Positions 38,545-54,419 of a stretch of 64,000 bases of DNA are shown one piece after another. The position numbers and the translations under genes were made by a program. Position 1 is the first letter of the stretch; each line of letters starts with the position of its first letter. Below the pieces are notes generated by a model. It searched no databases and was not told the origin of the DNA. It saw only the letters and a list, made by a program, of their open reading frames with translations. The DNA comes from Eledone cirrhosa (taxonomy: Eukaryota). The stretch spans positions 87,978,001 through 88,042,000 of the forward strand of contig OZ024746.1 in NCBI GenBank assembly GCA_964016885.1. Reading direction: 5' to 3'.

Positions 38545-39350
38545 GTATTTTAGTTCGGCTAACTTCCCTCCAAAAAGGAAAATAATCCTGCATCATCTTT
38601 ATTGAGCCTTGCAAATAATTACCACACCACCACCCTAATGACCTTCCACCTACGCAGATAGAGGTCAGAATCATTACCAGCTGTGATAGGCACACGAGCC
38701 CAAATAGTTTAAATAGCAACTCTATACAAATAGCACCAGGCTACCCTATTTCTGCACTTACATGGTGAACAAGAAGCAAGGATCAATCAGTAAAACCAGG
38801 TCTATCGTATCAGGACCACTAACACATTTCTCGTTTCCAGGATCTCAGAAAAAGTACTGACTATCTTCACGGGTCATTCATGTACATACATCAAATTATG
38901 CCAACAACTGGTCCTTGGCACCTGCAAGATAGACATGTTTGCCGCAGCGTTGACGTAATATTATTTATATATTTGTACCTGGAATGGTGATACCGATGGC
39001 ATGTGTCCAATTAACCAATGTACACTCCATCAGATTTAGTGGTACCCACACCATCCAGCTCTAAGCCGTTCTCAGTGTATTCGTCTAATTCTTCAGACAA
39101 ACATACCGACTCAATGGATGTCTTCCTATGGCTTCATGTGTACAGGCCATATCATATATGGACCAACTGGAATGTAATGCACTCAGAATCTCCCACTCCT
39201 GCACTTTCATATTGAGATACGTAGTCGATGTTCTCATCTATACGTCAAGCCGTCAGACAGCCAGTATTATATTCCAGTTCTTTGACAACATAGGCGAACA
39301 CATCCTTTTCAATATAGAGCTTATATCTGATATGGGATAAGTCCCCTTTC
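38545..39350 (+). mobile_element. Decayed Penelope-like RT fragment
   Basis: AISYMDQLECNAL…ILRYVVDVLIYTSSR…FDNIGEHILFNIE; same family as the RT at 62600-62950. Confidence 0.75.
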
Positions 39351-39371
39351 ATCATTTCCCCCCTTTACGGC

Positions 39372-39490
39372 CTGAATTCAAATCCTATCGAGGTTAGCTT
39401 TGCCTTTCATTCTTACCGGGTCGATAAATTAAAGTACCAGTAATGCACTGGATAAATTGCTGACCTTGTGCCAAAAGTAGAAACAAATAT
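39372..39490 (+). mobile_element. 5'-truncated SINE (major family)
   Basis: GCTTTGCCTTTCAT…GGTCGATAAATTAAAGTACCAG. Confidence 0.85.
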
Positions 39491-39507
39491 TCCCATAATA
39501 CAATTGA

Positions 39508-39625
39508 AGGCGTGTGGCTGAGTGGTTAGAGAATTGGATTCACAATATTGAGGTTGTGAGTTCGATTCCTGGACCGGGCGATGCGTTATGTCCTTGAGCA
39601 AGACTCTTTATTTCACGTTGCTCCT
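39508..39625 (+). mobile_element. Different tRNA-derived SINE head with CORE/V-like central motif
   Basis: GGCGTGTGGCTGAGTGGTTAG (A box), GAGTTCGATTCC (B box), TGTCCTTGAGCAAGAC. Confidence 0.75.
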
Positions 39626-39883
39626 TCTACCTGGAGTTGCGACCGATAGATAGTACTAGCAACTGGAAAGACCAACGGAAACATTGTTTCCTCGGTCCGA
39701 TTTGACGAAAGTCGTTCGATCCTTTATACATTAAGGAAAATGGCGAAATCAACAAGCATTTCTACTTCAAACACCCTTGCATGGATCTATTCGTCCATTA
39801 GAAATCTTCCACCAACCAACAGTGCAAAAAAAGGATATGTCGAAAACATAAGGTTCAGAAAAGTCGGCAAGTAAAACTTGTAT

Positions 39884-39926
39884 GGTACTGATGAAGGGTA
39901 ATCACCCAGAAACATTAGTGTCGGCC
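39884..39926 (+). ncRNA. Degenerate hammerhead-like motif
   Basis: CTGATGA-agggt aatc accca-GAAA-cattagtg-TC; stem I is poor. Confidence 0.45.
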
Positions 39927-40083
39927 GTTCTGTTTATATGCCAACACAAGAGCAAGAATAATGGGGTCATTCTACATACATTCTTAAAGAGGCTGTTAGC
40001 ATAATTGCAAACGAATCGAATATTATTATTAATATTCGAAAAGCTCCTCCGGTTGACATTTCTTACACCCCCCCCCCTCACCG

Positions 40084-40119
<36 letters not shown>

Positions 40120-40313
40120 AGCAAAGGGATATGTCAATATTTATAAAACAGACTTTGTATTTTATCTGATAGGAGCCTACCAAAGATTTGGTACCCTTGA
40201 ACTATATATATTAATATAAGTATGGTTTTATAAATATAAATATAGTTTCCATTGATCAATGCAATTGATATATATATATATATATCAATATATATATATA
40301 TATATATATATAT

Positions 40314-41945
<1,632 letters not shown>

Positions 41946-41979
41946 TTTATATATATATATATATATAAATCAGGAAAGA

Positions 41980-42029
<50 letters not shown>

Positions 42030-42057
42030 AATCAGGAAAGAAGAGTGACACGGTTTG

Positions 42058-42093
<36 letters not shown>

Positions 42094-42234
42094 TAAAAGA
42101 GAAAACACAGATAAGCATTAAGAGAAGGATTTTATCCAGGTATTTACGACCGTTTCATTTGTAAGTGCAACCTTATATTGCTATACTGCCAATAGCAGCC
42201 ACTCAATTATAATTGTTGTTCACATAGATATATA

Positions 42235-42435
42235 CGATGGTTGCCGAACACTGTACGTCTTAATTCGGGCTGTTTATTTACAAAGGAGCCGAACATTATA
42301 ATGAATGCTCGGTAAACCCATACGTACATATATATATATATATGTGTGCATGTGTGTATGTATATACATACTACTGTACGTCTGTATACATATATGTATG
42401 TACGTATACATACTTATATTTAAGTATCAGCGGTA
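42235..42435 (-). repeat. Partial copy of the ~400-440 bp repeat
   Basis: Reverse complement of 1470-1662. Confidence 0.8.
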
Positions 42436-42439
42436 CTTC

Positions 42440-42960
42440 TATTTCTCCATTTTACTTTATCTTATTTCTTCATCTGTGTGGCACCCACACCCCCAACACC
42501 ACCACGGAAAATGGTAGCAGGACAGATGCCAACCCACACACACACACATTCTTCTAAACATAGCATCAGTCGAACTAAAGCTGACCTGACTACTGAACCC
42601 CTAACACTAACACCACTACCGAGACATGGGAGGAGGTCAGCTGTACTTAACAAAAACAACCACAACACATTGCTTTGCCTCAGAAAAATTTCTATAGAAT
42701 TTTGACTGAGGAGTGTCCTTTGACGCCGAAATTCGTTTGTTCGAATTCATATGATTCTAGTTCCTCAGAGAAATAAGAACCCAACCAGGAACTGGGCATA
42801 TCGGAGTATTGACGGAGTTAAACACTTCAACAACATGTGTACCTGTTTCTACCACACCAATTCGGACTGCGTGAAGAGGTCACAGCGAAGGATGTCTGCC
42901 ACCGAAACATATATAGCAGTACACCTTTAATAAACTAATCCAAACTTTAAATATCTGACT
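42440..42960 (+). mobile_element. PLE 3' UTR/pLTR (family B) with mutated HHR
   Basis: actgc-GTGAAGA…GAAA-catata-TA-gcagt at 42866-42920; homologous to 13560-13930. Confidence 0.75.
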
Positions 42961-42969
42961 TAAATATTG

Positions 42970-43064
<95 letters not shown>

Positions 43065-43071
43065 TGAGATG

Positions 43072-43865
43072 TGATGGGAGATGTTTTTAACCAGGTTATT
43101 GATGATGATTCTAGGATGGTTAGAACGGCGGTGGATGTAGCCAAGCGACAACCTTCACTACATCCACCGCCGCCCTAACCATCCTAGAAACATCACCAAT
43201 AACCTGGTTAAAAACATCTCCCTCTGCATGTCTCGTTTTTCCACTATTGAGCAGATATTAGATGGGCATGCGCCTTATTACAAACAGTCACTGAAACGAA
43301 GCGGCTTTCGGGAGGAAATCTCTTTTTATCCAACTTACCTTAGCGAAACCCTCCCCATAATGCCGAGGTGGCAACACCAATCGGGAAAATCTTATTTAGG
43401 CTCCTCGAAAAACACTTCCGACCACAACACCGCTACCACAACATAATCAACAAAAACACGGTTTCTTTTTCACCTGCTTTCTAACTAGGCTAATTTCATA
43501 CACATTCCTTAGAATTTGCTGAATAGAATACACTTTCAACGCTTAACCGGCTCCACCCACTCCCTCATTGTCCTACAGGCCAGTTAAGCCACCAGCCGCC
43601 ACGAATGATTTAATTGTGTTTACAAGACCATTTGACCAATCCCTTCGACAACTATAATCTTCCCATAAAAGGAATTACCCCTTGAAAAGTCCGGCTATTT
43701 ATTACCACGCTAAAAATTCGAATTTAGTCCAGAAATCGCCGTCTAAACGGCTTGAGCTCTACCGTCAGGGTTAAATATTTTCCTATTTCCCACTCTATTA
43801 CCCCAAGTATTGAGTACTCTGGTGCAATATTGTCCATCTGGTACCTCACCACACATCCTTCGTTA
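43072..43865 (+). mobile_element. PLE fragment (post-RT region) with 5' inverted duplication and family D terminus
   Basis: LHYIHRRPNHPRNITNNLVKNISL…APYYKQSLKRSGF; 43076-43140 is the reverse complement of 43157-43222; ends …CACCACACATCCTTCGTTA(TA). Confidence 0.75.
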
Positions 43866-45514
43866 TATATGTATATTGTTTTCAATAAATATGATTCATT
43901 TAAATTTAGTGTGGTAACGATTTATAAGGTCTCAATTATCAAACCGCATACCATATTATTTGTATGAGGTATGAGACATAAAAATATTTTTCCTTTGCTA
44001 TTTCTATGGCAGCATTTGTTAATGAGTTATAGTGACAGCCACTTTCATCAAGACTGCAATCGACAGCCGTATAATTATATTCCAGTTTCGCTGCCCCAGC
44101 GTTAATAAATTAATTAAACTTGCATTTTAATTAAAATTTTCATATCATTAAATTCAATAGAGTTGCGTGCACTCTAACAAACAATTGCTGTGCTTGCTCC
44201 TACAGTTTAATGCATTTTCATATATTGTGTAATCAAGGTATCCTGATACATAATCTAATCATAATTATGTTTAGTTTCTTACAACGTATAAGCTTTCCTA
44301 TTATACTATTACCTAAAATTGATCGTGTTGTCTATATTTATTCTTCCCGTTAGTTTTATCTTATTTTCTTTGATAAACGTCAACGCAAGCGGATGGATAC
44401 TTATCATTCCCTTTGTGATACGTATCCCATTCTCCAACTTAGAATATATTAAGCTAACGGCCCCTCTTTTGACACACCGTGCTCTGTCTAAACTAAGGAT
44501 ATTACTCATCTAGCATGTTCAATTTTACATTTCTCACTGACATGTAAAAGAACCCGACTGGTCACAATATCATACGAACTTCTATATAGCATTGGATATT
44601 TTCACTATTGTGCTACGGAGTAAAGAGTATATATTTATTTCCATTTTGATCGGATGAAAACATATATTTAAATCAATTATACTAGGCGGCTGCTCCACCA
44701 GCCTAGCTTCACCTTCAATTTGATAATTTGATGGTGGCCATGTTGCTCGAGCAGGTGTTCATTTCTGATCGGTGGTGCCGCATTGCAACATGATACGTTA
44801 GTACGAACGTTCAAATGCACTGAGTTCAAAATTCCTGCATATGATTTGTAGCAATGTAATTTTTCAAAGAAATCTATGAAGCCCCCTCGCAGATATAGGA
44901 TGAATTTGTAATAATGTTAGGTACCGTAATACGACTGCGAGAGTTCCACACCATATACTTTGTCTAGTTGGCCTTAATGTTACTGCTGGCCTTGCACATT
45001 TCATACTTTTAAATCAACTTACTAGCCAATAACCATGTTTTAATACGGGTTGCAATATTTTCATCAATCTAATTCTCTAGATATTTCAAATCACATCTTA
45101 AATGCATTTCTTTCTTTCCTTTCCCGCAGCTAATATTTCATGAACATTTTTTTCTATTTATTGAAATTCTAAGCTATGTTTCTCTTTTGTTTTTCTACTT
45201 CAGTGCTTTCATTTCAGTATGAGTTGTTCAGATCCATATACAAAACAAACGCTTTCTACAAATGCCATAACGTCCAGTAAGCAATCAATTTACGTATTGA
45301 CTTTCAAATATTGTCTAGGTTTCTTAAGCAAATGACATTCTATGTATATAAATATATACTATTCGTTATATCACTACAGTCTGATACTCGAAGAACCATT
45401 AGTGAAGTTACACCAAATATTGAATATCATATTATCCTACGAGTGGTTTTCAGTAATTTCGTTTTGTGTCAAGGATTGTAAGTGCTCTCACACACATGAA
45501 TTTTACACACACAC

Positions 45515-45564
<50 letters not shown>

Positions 45565-45578
45565 ACACACATATATAG

Positions 45579-45646
<68 letters not shown>

Positions 45647-45694
45647 ATATATATGTATGTATTTATATAGGTATGGATTTAAATATGTATATAA

Positions 45695-45750
<56 letters not shown>

Positions 45751-46754
45751 GGGATGTTATATGTTGCTATAAACATATAATTAGAATGGCAGTACTCATT
45801 TGTAACTTCGGTTTTTCTGTATACACTGCACGTGTTTATCGATATAACCATCAGTATTCATTACGTTTTATACATAGGAATTTAAACAATTCCATATATA
45901 TTTGCTAGATATGAATCAATAGCAAGTACGATGATATAGGTTTGACTTTTTCTTGAATTATTAGTTCATTCAGATGGTAATTAGAACCCCAGATCCCTTT
46001 GCCATTTTATATATATATAACCCACGGACAGAATGTGTATCACAATGGATATCAATATGTTTATGAATGATTTTGTTTTGTTTTTTCTGTATATTTCTGT
46101 TTATGCGGATCGTCTTGATAGTTCATTGGCTAACTATGAAGGAACGAAGCCAGCGTTGTGAAGACATGCATGCATTAATATCAACTCTTCGTTTTAATTA
46201 CCGCATTTTTTTCTTCGGGGATTATATTAAAGAATAAACCTCATTTGATAAATCCATAAGAGAATATTTTAACATATAACATCTTCAGCCGTTACTCGTA
46301 TGTATATGTTGGTATCAGATACAGCATACCAATCTTAGTTTAAATAATCAAGGTATATTTACGTGTTTTCCTTGGAGAATACAGTCAATGTATGAAAAAC
46401 GTATTTTATAGGTGGATTATACCATCTAACGTTAACCAGTTTCTAAGCCATAATGTATTGTATACTCATACAGGTGTATATCTGTGAAAGCAGTTTTGAA
46501 TATAAAATCATTATTTCAGCAGTATCCTGTAGATAATTGCACGAGTCGTAGTTAAAATATCTTCCTTTTGGTTTATCTTCTTCTTGTTATGGAAATGGGA
46601 TTATATAATCGAATGCGACGTCTGTATTATAATTTAGACGCACAACACTGAAATATTTATTTTCTAACTTAACTTTCGAAAGTCTATGTGGGGAATAATT
46701 AACTACGACATGGGAGTGCACCAGCAATCATTTCACAACAAAACTTAGTTAATA

Positions 46755-46936
46755 TAATTGTTTCTACTTTTGGCACAAGGCCACCAATTACCCAGTACAT
46801 TACTGGTACTTTATTTTATCGACCCCGTAAGGATGAAAGGCAAAGTTAACTTCGTCGGGATTTGAACTCAGAATGGCAAGGGCCGTAACTCTATGCGTCA
46901 AAACATGGCGTCCAACGCTCTACCGATACTACCAAT
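46755..46936 (-). mobile_element. SINE copy
   Basis: Matches the consensus. Confidence 0.88.
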
Positions 46937-47455
46937 ATAATGACTTTAGAAGAGGAATTAATATTATTAAAACGGATATTTGCATCTCCAATGTATAAAT
47001 GTGAACGACTTCCGTCAATCATACAATGTGTGTGTGTGTGAATGTATATGTGTGTAAAAGAAAGGACGGGGATTTTGAAAAACTATAGTACAACCACTGT
47101 TATATACAGTGAATGTCTATGTGTGTTTGCGTGAATGTATGTGTATTTGTGTGATTGTATGTCTACGAGCGTGTGTTTTGTGAGTGTGTCTGTGTTTACT
47201 CGTTTATATTTATAAACTCATACATATAAATGCATGTACATACATATACATATTCGCGTGAGCGTATCGTAAAAAAAAGCACAATCATTCAGAATTATTC
47301 ATAACGTGGCGCAAGGATCAAGAATTTGGTTTAATCATTAGAGTTAATTCAGTTTTTAATCAATGAAACGGAAGAAAGGTGTTCATTTGTAATTAAAAAA
47401 ATGTTTTCTGAGGTAACCATTCAAGAGCGTTTTCATTTGTATTCTAAAATAAGGT

Positions 47456-47953
47456 CAGTGGATTAGCATATTCGGTAGAGTTACGGACATATATGTTCTG
47501 AGTTCAAATACCGCCAAGGTTACCTTTGACTTTCATCCTTACGGGGTCGATAAAATAAAGCACCGGTAACGTACTGGGGTTGATGTAAGCGACATTCCCC
47601 TCCCATAAAATTACTGAACTTGCGCCTATACTAGAAATCATATGTATTCCATAATGCTTGTTTTTATCATTTTTATATCGGTTTTTATCTAGTTTATTGA
47701 CCAATCGGCATTGCGATATGATGCACGACACAACACCTATATTATCAACATTATAATTGTACCGGCGGTGGATTTGCAGTATCGGTAGAGGGTCGGACGC
47801 AATGCTTTGCAGCAAAGAGTTACGGTCCTTTACACCCTGAGTTCAAATCCAGCCGAAGTTAACTTTACCTTTCATCCTTCGGGGTCGATAAAATAAAGTA
47901 CCAGTGATACACTGGCTTAATTGCTGGCCTTGTGCCAAAAGTAGAAACAATTA
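47456..47953 (+). mobile_element. Two SINE copies (old 47456-47640; younger 47766-47953)
   Basis: Both contain CTTTCATCCTT(A)CGGGGTCGATAAAATAA. Confidence 0.85.
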
Positions 47954-49263
47954 TATTTGTACTCACAGTAAGCTACAATATTTAAAAACTTCAGATGTCC
48001 TGTATCACATAGGAAACGGTCTTTCCATGAATATCCTCCATATTACGTTATGTATATATGTATACATTTTATTACATATCAGTGCTGTTATAGGAAATTA
48101 TTTCAGTATTTCTGTATACTAAAACTTAACAAGATTCAAATGTAATATAATTATTAAATACGAAAATAGGAACATCAACTATAATGACAATAGCAATATT
48201 AATAGTTTCTCATATTTGAGATATTAATCGATTAAATGTGTCCACCTATTATTTAATAATCCCCACTAGCATGAAAGGCAAATTTCAACTCGGCCGGATT
48301 TGATTTCTGAGCGTAAAGAGCCCGAAAATAGATTATTCCATTTTGCTCAACGCTCAACTGATTCAACCAAACAGAAGACTTCAGACACGAATGCCAGGTA
48401 AATTATGCAGGAAGTGATAAAGAGACAAAATCACGAATCTATTTATAGAATGAAAATGACAACCGAGCATTAGTCGTAACAGTCAGGAACAAACTAGTAA
48501 ATATAGCAACTGGAATAATTGATGAGAACCAAAAAGGAAATAGCAGCAGACGTTGAAATCCAAACGTATAAAATTACGAATAAAATATTATAAAAAATAA
48601 TGATGAATGATAAAATATGACAATGGCATATAAAGCACACATCTGTTGATAACAAATCCAACTGTGGAAAAGTGTGTGCCAAGTGGAACAAATTCTGAAC
48701 AAAAGAAAAAGTAAATACAAAAAAAAAAATACATTCTGCAGACGCAGATTATTCTTAAATACAAAACAACGTGTCTAATCAGTTGGATATGGCAGTCAGA
48801 TTTCATTGAAATGCCACTTGATTATATTCGAAAATGAAGATTTTGGGTAATTATGTGGATGCATTAAGATTGACTAATAAAATGGGATAATCGTATTTAG
48901 AATGCATATGTTCATATTTTGTTAAGAAATGCTAATGGATAATAAGAATAGTATATCCGACTATGACATTTTTATTGGGATATACTAGACGTTGATGCAA
49001 AATAGAAGTATCAATAGAAATGTAATATATTGTTGTAATTTAGTGTCAGTCAAGACTGATCCGGCGGGCCTATGATCAAATGTAATACACCATCAGGCTT
49101 TCATGATGGCAGCCTACACTAATTCATTTTGTTTCTTCTCATTTTTAGAGACATATTTAACGGCGTTTCATTATGGTTCAAGCTGTCATGTAATAACTAA
49201 CACCCGAGCAGCCGTGTGAAGCTATTGAAGATAAATGCGTACTTTATACATGTAAATAATTAA

Positions 49264-49445
49264 CTGTTTCTACTTTTGGCACAAGGCCAGCAATTAATTC
49301 AGTGCATTACTGGTACTTTATTTTATCGACCCCGTAAGGATGAAATGGAATACTACTCTCGGCGGGATTTGAACTCAGTTCATAAAGGGCCGTAACTCTA
49401 TGCCGCAATGCATGTTACCCTATCCTCTACTGATGCTGCCACTCA
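49264..49445 (-). mobile_element. SINE copy
   Basis: Matches the consensus. Confidence 0.85.
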
Positions 49446-50795
49446 GGCACATGTAAATAATGGTCTATCAATGTCTCGTAGAAATCTGGGAAATTAGGTT
49501 TAGTAACTTATCGTAAATTATAGAAATATTGCTATTAATAAAGAACATATTGGAATATAGCCAACATTCGATATGATTAAAGAGATAGAGACAGCAACAT
49601 AATGTTTGCTCTGAAAATGTGTCTGTAACTGGTTATACTCCCAGCTAAAAATATTAGTCCAAGCATCTAAAATGTACTGACTAAACTGTAGATAAAAATG
49701 ACAGACCACATTCGACATTTAACAGTAACTATAAAACTGATCAGGTTTCATTTATGGTTAAGCAACAGAAACCGTATCAATAACAGTGTACATGTCATGG
49801 CTAACATAACAGTCATGTGTGTATTTCATTAATATTTTCGTTTAGTCAAGAACAAATTTTAGTTTTATAGTATCAAGTCTACTGTTCTTATTATTGTAGT
49901 TTATGCTAACTCCGACTTAACCCTGATTTAAAAGTGATTTAATTTCACATTCGATTTGAGACAAACTAATATATAATTAAACTTAAATGTTTGTATTTAT
50001 GTTTTAATATAAATTGTTTTTAGTTTTCATTTTTAGCCGGAAAATATACCGACCCATCGGTTGCTATCAAAGCTATTGCAGTTTTGTTTGCCCCTGTATC
50101 TTTTACCTAGTTTGATTTTTATTTTTATATATATATATTTATGTGTGTGTGTGTGTGCGTGTGTGTGTATAGATAGACAGACATATATATATATATACAA
50201 AAACACATACACACACACACAAATACATATATATTATATACATATATAAAACCTTAAGTTTTAGCATTGTTTTTCTTTCACCATTGGGATGCATTTTAGC
50301 TGTTATAATAAATCCTTTGGATCGTGTAATGAAATAGTATTGCTTGGTATTGTTTGATAATACATAGTGTAATCTCTTCACGATAATAATGACAATAATC
50401 AATGTTGATACTGTCATATTATTTTCTATGTAATTGTTTAGTATTGTTGCTAAGGTTGAGTACGGGATGATTGTTTTTGAAGTCGTGGTTGTGATTCGAT
50501 TGTTTCTGTAGCTCGTGTTACAGCTGCTGTCTTCTATATCTTGTTTTTGCAATTATTGATATATGTTTATGTAACACAACAATTAGACATAAATCTGTAA
50601 TCCACAACGGCTTGATGTCGGTGAAATTAATTACATATTACGAGCTATCGGAATCTTCAGGATAATAGATTACTTTCTCTTTTACTTCATTCATGTATGT
50701 AAATCACGCATCTATGAACATATGTGCGTTTATTTGTTTATGTACATGTGTACTTATATACATTGATATTTAAACACATGTGCAAACCCAAGCAT

Positions 50796-50852
<57 letters not shown>

Positions 50853-51189
50853 AAAGTTTTATTTAGAATTGTTGGGTTACAACAAGTAAATATTTTATAA
50901 CTGATATAAAGCACTCGACATCTATGTATTCCTGCTGACAACATTAAATTATCCCTATCAAGCCCATATGTCCCAAAGCTCTAAAACCATCAAGAACAAA
51001 AACCCAGATCTGGCATATCTAAGTAATTACTAACTGTCTGATGAAGTCATACCCATACAATGGCTATCATCGCAATATATATAGCAGTAAATAAAGGATG
51101 TTGAGTTCTTGCAGTGACTTATGTTTCGTCACTATATATTGATATAAGCATTTTCCCCCTACACATAAATATAATAACATTTTTAATAG

Positions 51190-52090
51190 ACATACTATTA
51201 CAATTTCTTACTCTACGACTCCTAACCTTGCACATAACATCAGAGCTTCCAATTTAGCTAAACTACCTAGCCGTAGGTACACGTGCAACCCTGTAGTTAG
51301 TACTAATTGTAATTGTAGGAATCGGGTTGATTGCCCCCTATCCGGGAAATGCCTCTCTAGTAACATTGTCTACAAATGTAAGGTTGTAACACCCACGTCC
51401 CGTAGGGCCTACATAGGGTTAACCCCCAATAAATTCAAGCAGCGTCTTTACATGCATACCCATTCTTTTCGTTACCCTCTAAGAAGGAATATGACGTCAC
51501 TTTCAGCTTATATCTGGAGTCTAAAAGACAACCACACCCAATATAAGTTACATTGGGAGATCCTAGCTAGGGCTAGATCGTCTAACGGAAATAAAAGACC
51601 TTGTGACCTCTGCGCCGCTGAGGCCCTGGAAATACTCTACGCCACAGACCACATCTAAAACAAAAAATCTGAGGCAATTTCGGCTTGTAAACATAAATTG
51701 CACAAAACTTTCCTGTATTACAGCCCCACGTTATATCCTGACGGATAGTACGATTTATACGTGGATATTTTACGTCTTGATGTGGGAGCTAACTATATGT
51801 TTTGTTTATACCATTACTTATTTGCATAGCGAACGTTTCCACGAACCAAATTATCGTCTTCCTGTCTTCCTCCGGTTGCAACGTTTTTTGAAATATCCAC
51901 TTCTGCGTTTACAGATTGACTTTGTTAGTTTCAGAAGATCCAGTTAAGGGTGAAAGTAGCGATTCTTTGCTTAAACTTTAATCTGTTATTTTAATAAATA
52001 TTTGCTCTACGGTTCTTATATATTTGATATATATTTATCCTTATCGAGCCCTCTTTGGATTTTAGTCTTCAAATTTATTATTATTACTAT
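51190..52090 (+). mobile_element. Penelope-like element 3' end: Cys linker + GIY-YIG + family C terminus
   Basis: YSTTPNL…CNCRNRVDCPLSGKCLSSNIVYKC…AYIGLTPNKFKQRLYMH…TSLSAYIWSLK…WEIL…CDLCAAE. Confidence 0.9.
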
Positions 52091-52094
52091 ATCT

Positions 52095-52250
52095 ATCTAT
52101 TTAAGGCGGGTAAAATTCCCGAGATCCATGGACGAGATCTCTCCAGCGGTCTATGTCCCTCATTATCGCTGCCATGTCCTGCGTCTCCAACAGACACGTG
52201 TCTGTCCTTAGGGCATCAACATGCGTTAACTTTGGTCTTCCTCTTCTATA
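52095..52250 (-). mobile_element. RTE LINE extreme 3' end
   Basis: RRGRPKLTHVDALRTDT…MRDIDRWRDLV…* followed by a short ATAG tail. Confidence 0.75.
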
Positions 52251-52351
52251 GAGTAATAATAATAAATTTGAAAACTAAAATCCATAGAGGGCTTGATAAG
52301 GATAAATATATATTAAATATATAACAACCGTAGTGCAAATTGAGCAAAAAC

Positions 52352-52431
<80 letters not shown>

Positions 52432-52470
52432 AATATATATATATACATACATACATGTATATATATATAT

Positions 52471-52541
<71 letters not shown>

Positions 52542-52586
52542 AATATATATATATACATACATACATGTATATATATATATATATAT

Positions 52587-52653
<67 letters not shown>

Positions 52654-53046
52654 CGAAACATAAGTCACTGCAAGAACTCATAACCTTTATTTACTGCTAT
52701 ATATATTGCGATGATACCCATTGTATGGCTATGATCTTATCAGGCCGTTAGTAAGTTCTTAGAGATGCCAGCTCTGGGTCTTTGGTGTTGATGGTTTTAG
52801 AGCTTTGGGATATATGAGCTCTTTAGGGATAATTTAATGTTGTCAGCAGGAATAATTTAATCCTCATTGGTCTCTTTGTAGATGCTAGTCGGGTTGGTAT
52901 TTGACGTCAAAGAGGGCTGTATATATATTTATACGTTTAACGAAGGAGTTATGGTAAGGAACCAGATGGACCATAACGCACCAGAGTACTCAATACTTAG
53001 GGTAGTGGAGTGGGTAATACATTTTCCTATATATACTTACACACAC

Positions 53047-53107
<61 letters not shown>

Positions 53108-53259
53108 CATACATATATATATATAATATATACATATATAAATAAATATATATATATACATACACACATATATATATATATGTATAGGTTTATGTGTGTG
53201 TGTTCTTGCTTGTGCGTGTTTGTGTGTCTCTGTGTGTGTTTTTGCTTATATATATATAT

Positions 53260-53456
53260 AGTTATGTAATAAACAACATAAGGCAATTATTCCATTTACC
53301 AGTGGTTTCTTAAAAGCAACACATTTTGCTTTCAATCTTCAGAATGAAAAAATCCTGGTCGATTTTTTCATTCTGATTATTGAAAGCAGATTTTGTTGCT
53401 TTTAAGAAACCACTGTTAATTGGAATAATTGCCTTATGTTGTTTATTACATAACTA
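53260..53456. mobile_element. ~95-bp-arm palindrome with an HHR in each arm
   Basis: Centre ~53357; AGTTATGTAATAAACAACATAAGGC… versus its reverse complement. Confidence 0.85.
53293..53346 (-). ncRNA. Type I hammerhead ribozyme, intact
   Basis: catt-CTGAAGA-ttgaaagcaa aatgtg ttgcttttaa-GAAA-cc act gg-TA-aatg. Confidence 0.82.
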
Positions 53457-53521
53457 TTAAGCTCTGTTACCTACATAGAGCACTCTTTTTTCCTGGACTT
53501 TTCCGACGGAATTACTTCATT

Positions 53522-53556
<35 letters not shown>

Positions 53557-54232
53557 CAAATATACAAATATATTTGTGTGCATGAATTTGTTTACATATG
53601 TGTTTATATACACAAGATTCCCACGATATTTCGTATTTTGAAATGCGTCACAAAAAGTCTGAAAGAAAATATATGTAGAAAAAATTGAAATAGAAATGTA
53701 ACGAATGATTGGAGAAAGAAAATAAGACATAAATAATTTCATGATTTCATATCAACAAAAGCTTGTTTGTGTTCCACTGAATGGGAAGTCTGTAGCCTAC
53801 TTTCAAAGAATTCTCCTATACAATTTATTTAATGATCCTATGTGTTCACTTACACACGACCTTTCATAATCACATACATGTATGTATACATATATGCTAA
53901 AGTTTATTGAAGGAATAAAATTCTAGACTATCAGGAGCAACACATCATACAACAGGATACGATCACGTTATGCAATACATTATAACACAAACAGACACAC
54001 ATACACTCAAACACATATATATGTATGTGTGTGTATTTGTGTGTGTCTATTTATTATTATTAAGATTAAATGTTTAACGAATACATCTATCGTATCACTA
54101 TAAGCGAGCTAATCTGTACAAATAATATATATAATCACAACGCTTTCTAATATACATACAAACCTTGTCGACTCCACTTTGGATTTTGGCCATTCATTAT
54201 TATTATTATATGCATATATGTGTGTATAAACT

Positions 54233-54270
<38 letters not shown>

Positions 54271-54291
54271 AAAATATATGTGTATACACGC

Positions 54292-54333
<42 letters not shown>

Positions 54334-54338
54334 ATGTG

Positions 54339-54409
<71 letters not shown>

Positions 54410-54419
54410 CATATATATA

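Larger units (their letters stand above)
50930..52853. repeat. ~205-bp tail-to-tail HHR-bearing inverted pair (50930-51135 / 52648-52853) enclosing nested elements
   Basis: TTCCTGCTGACAACATTAAATTATCCC…TTTCGTCACTATA and its reverse complement; both HHRs share the GAAA-to-GCAA change. Confidence 0.88.
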
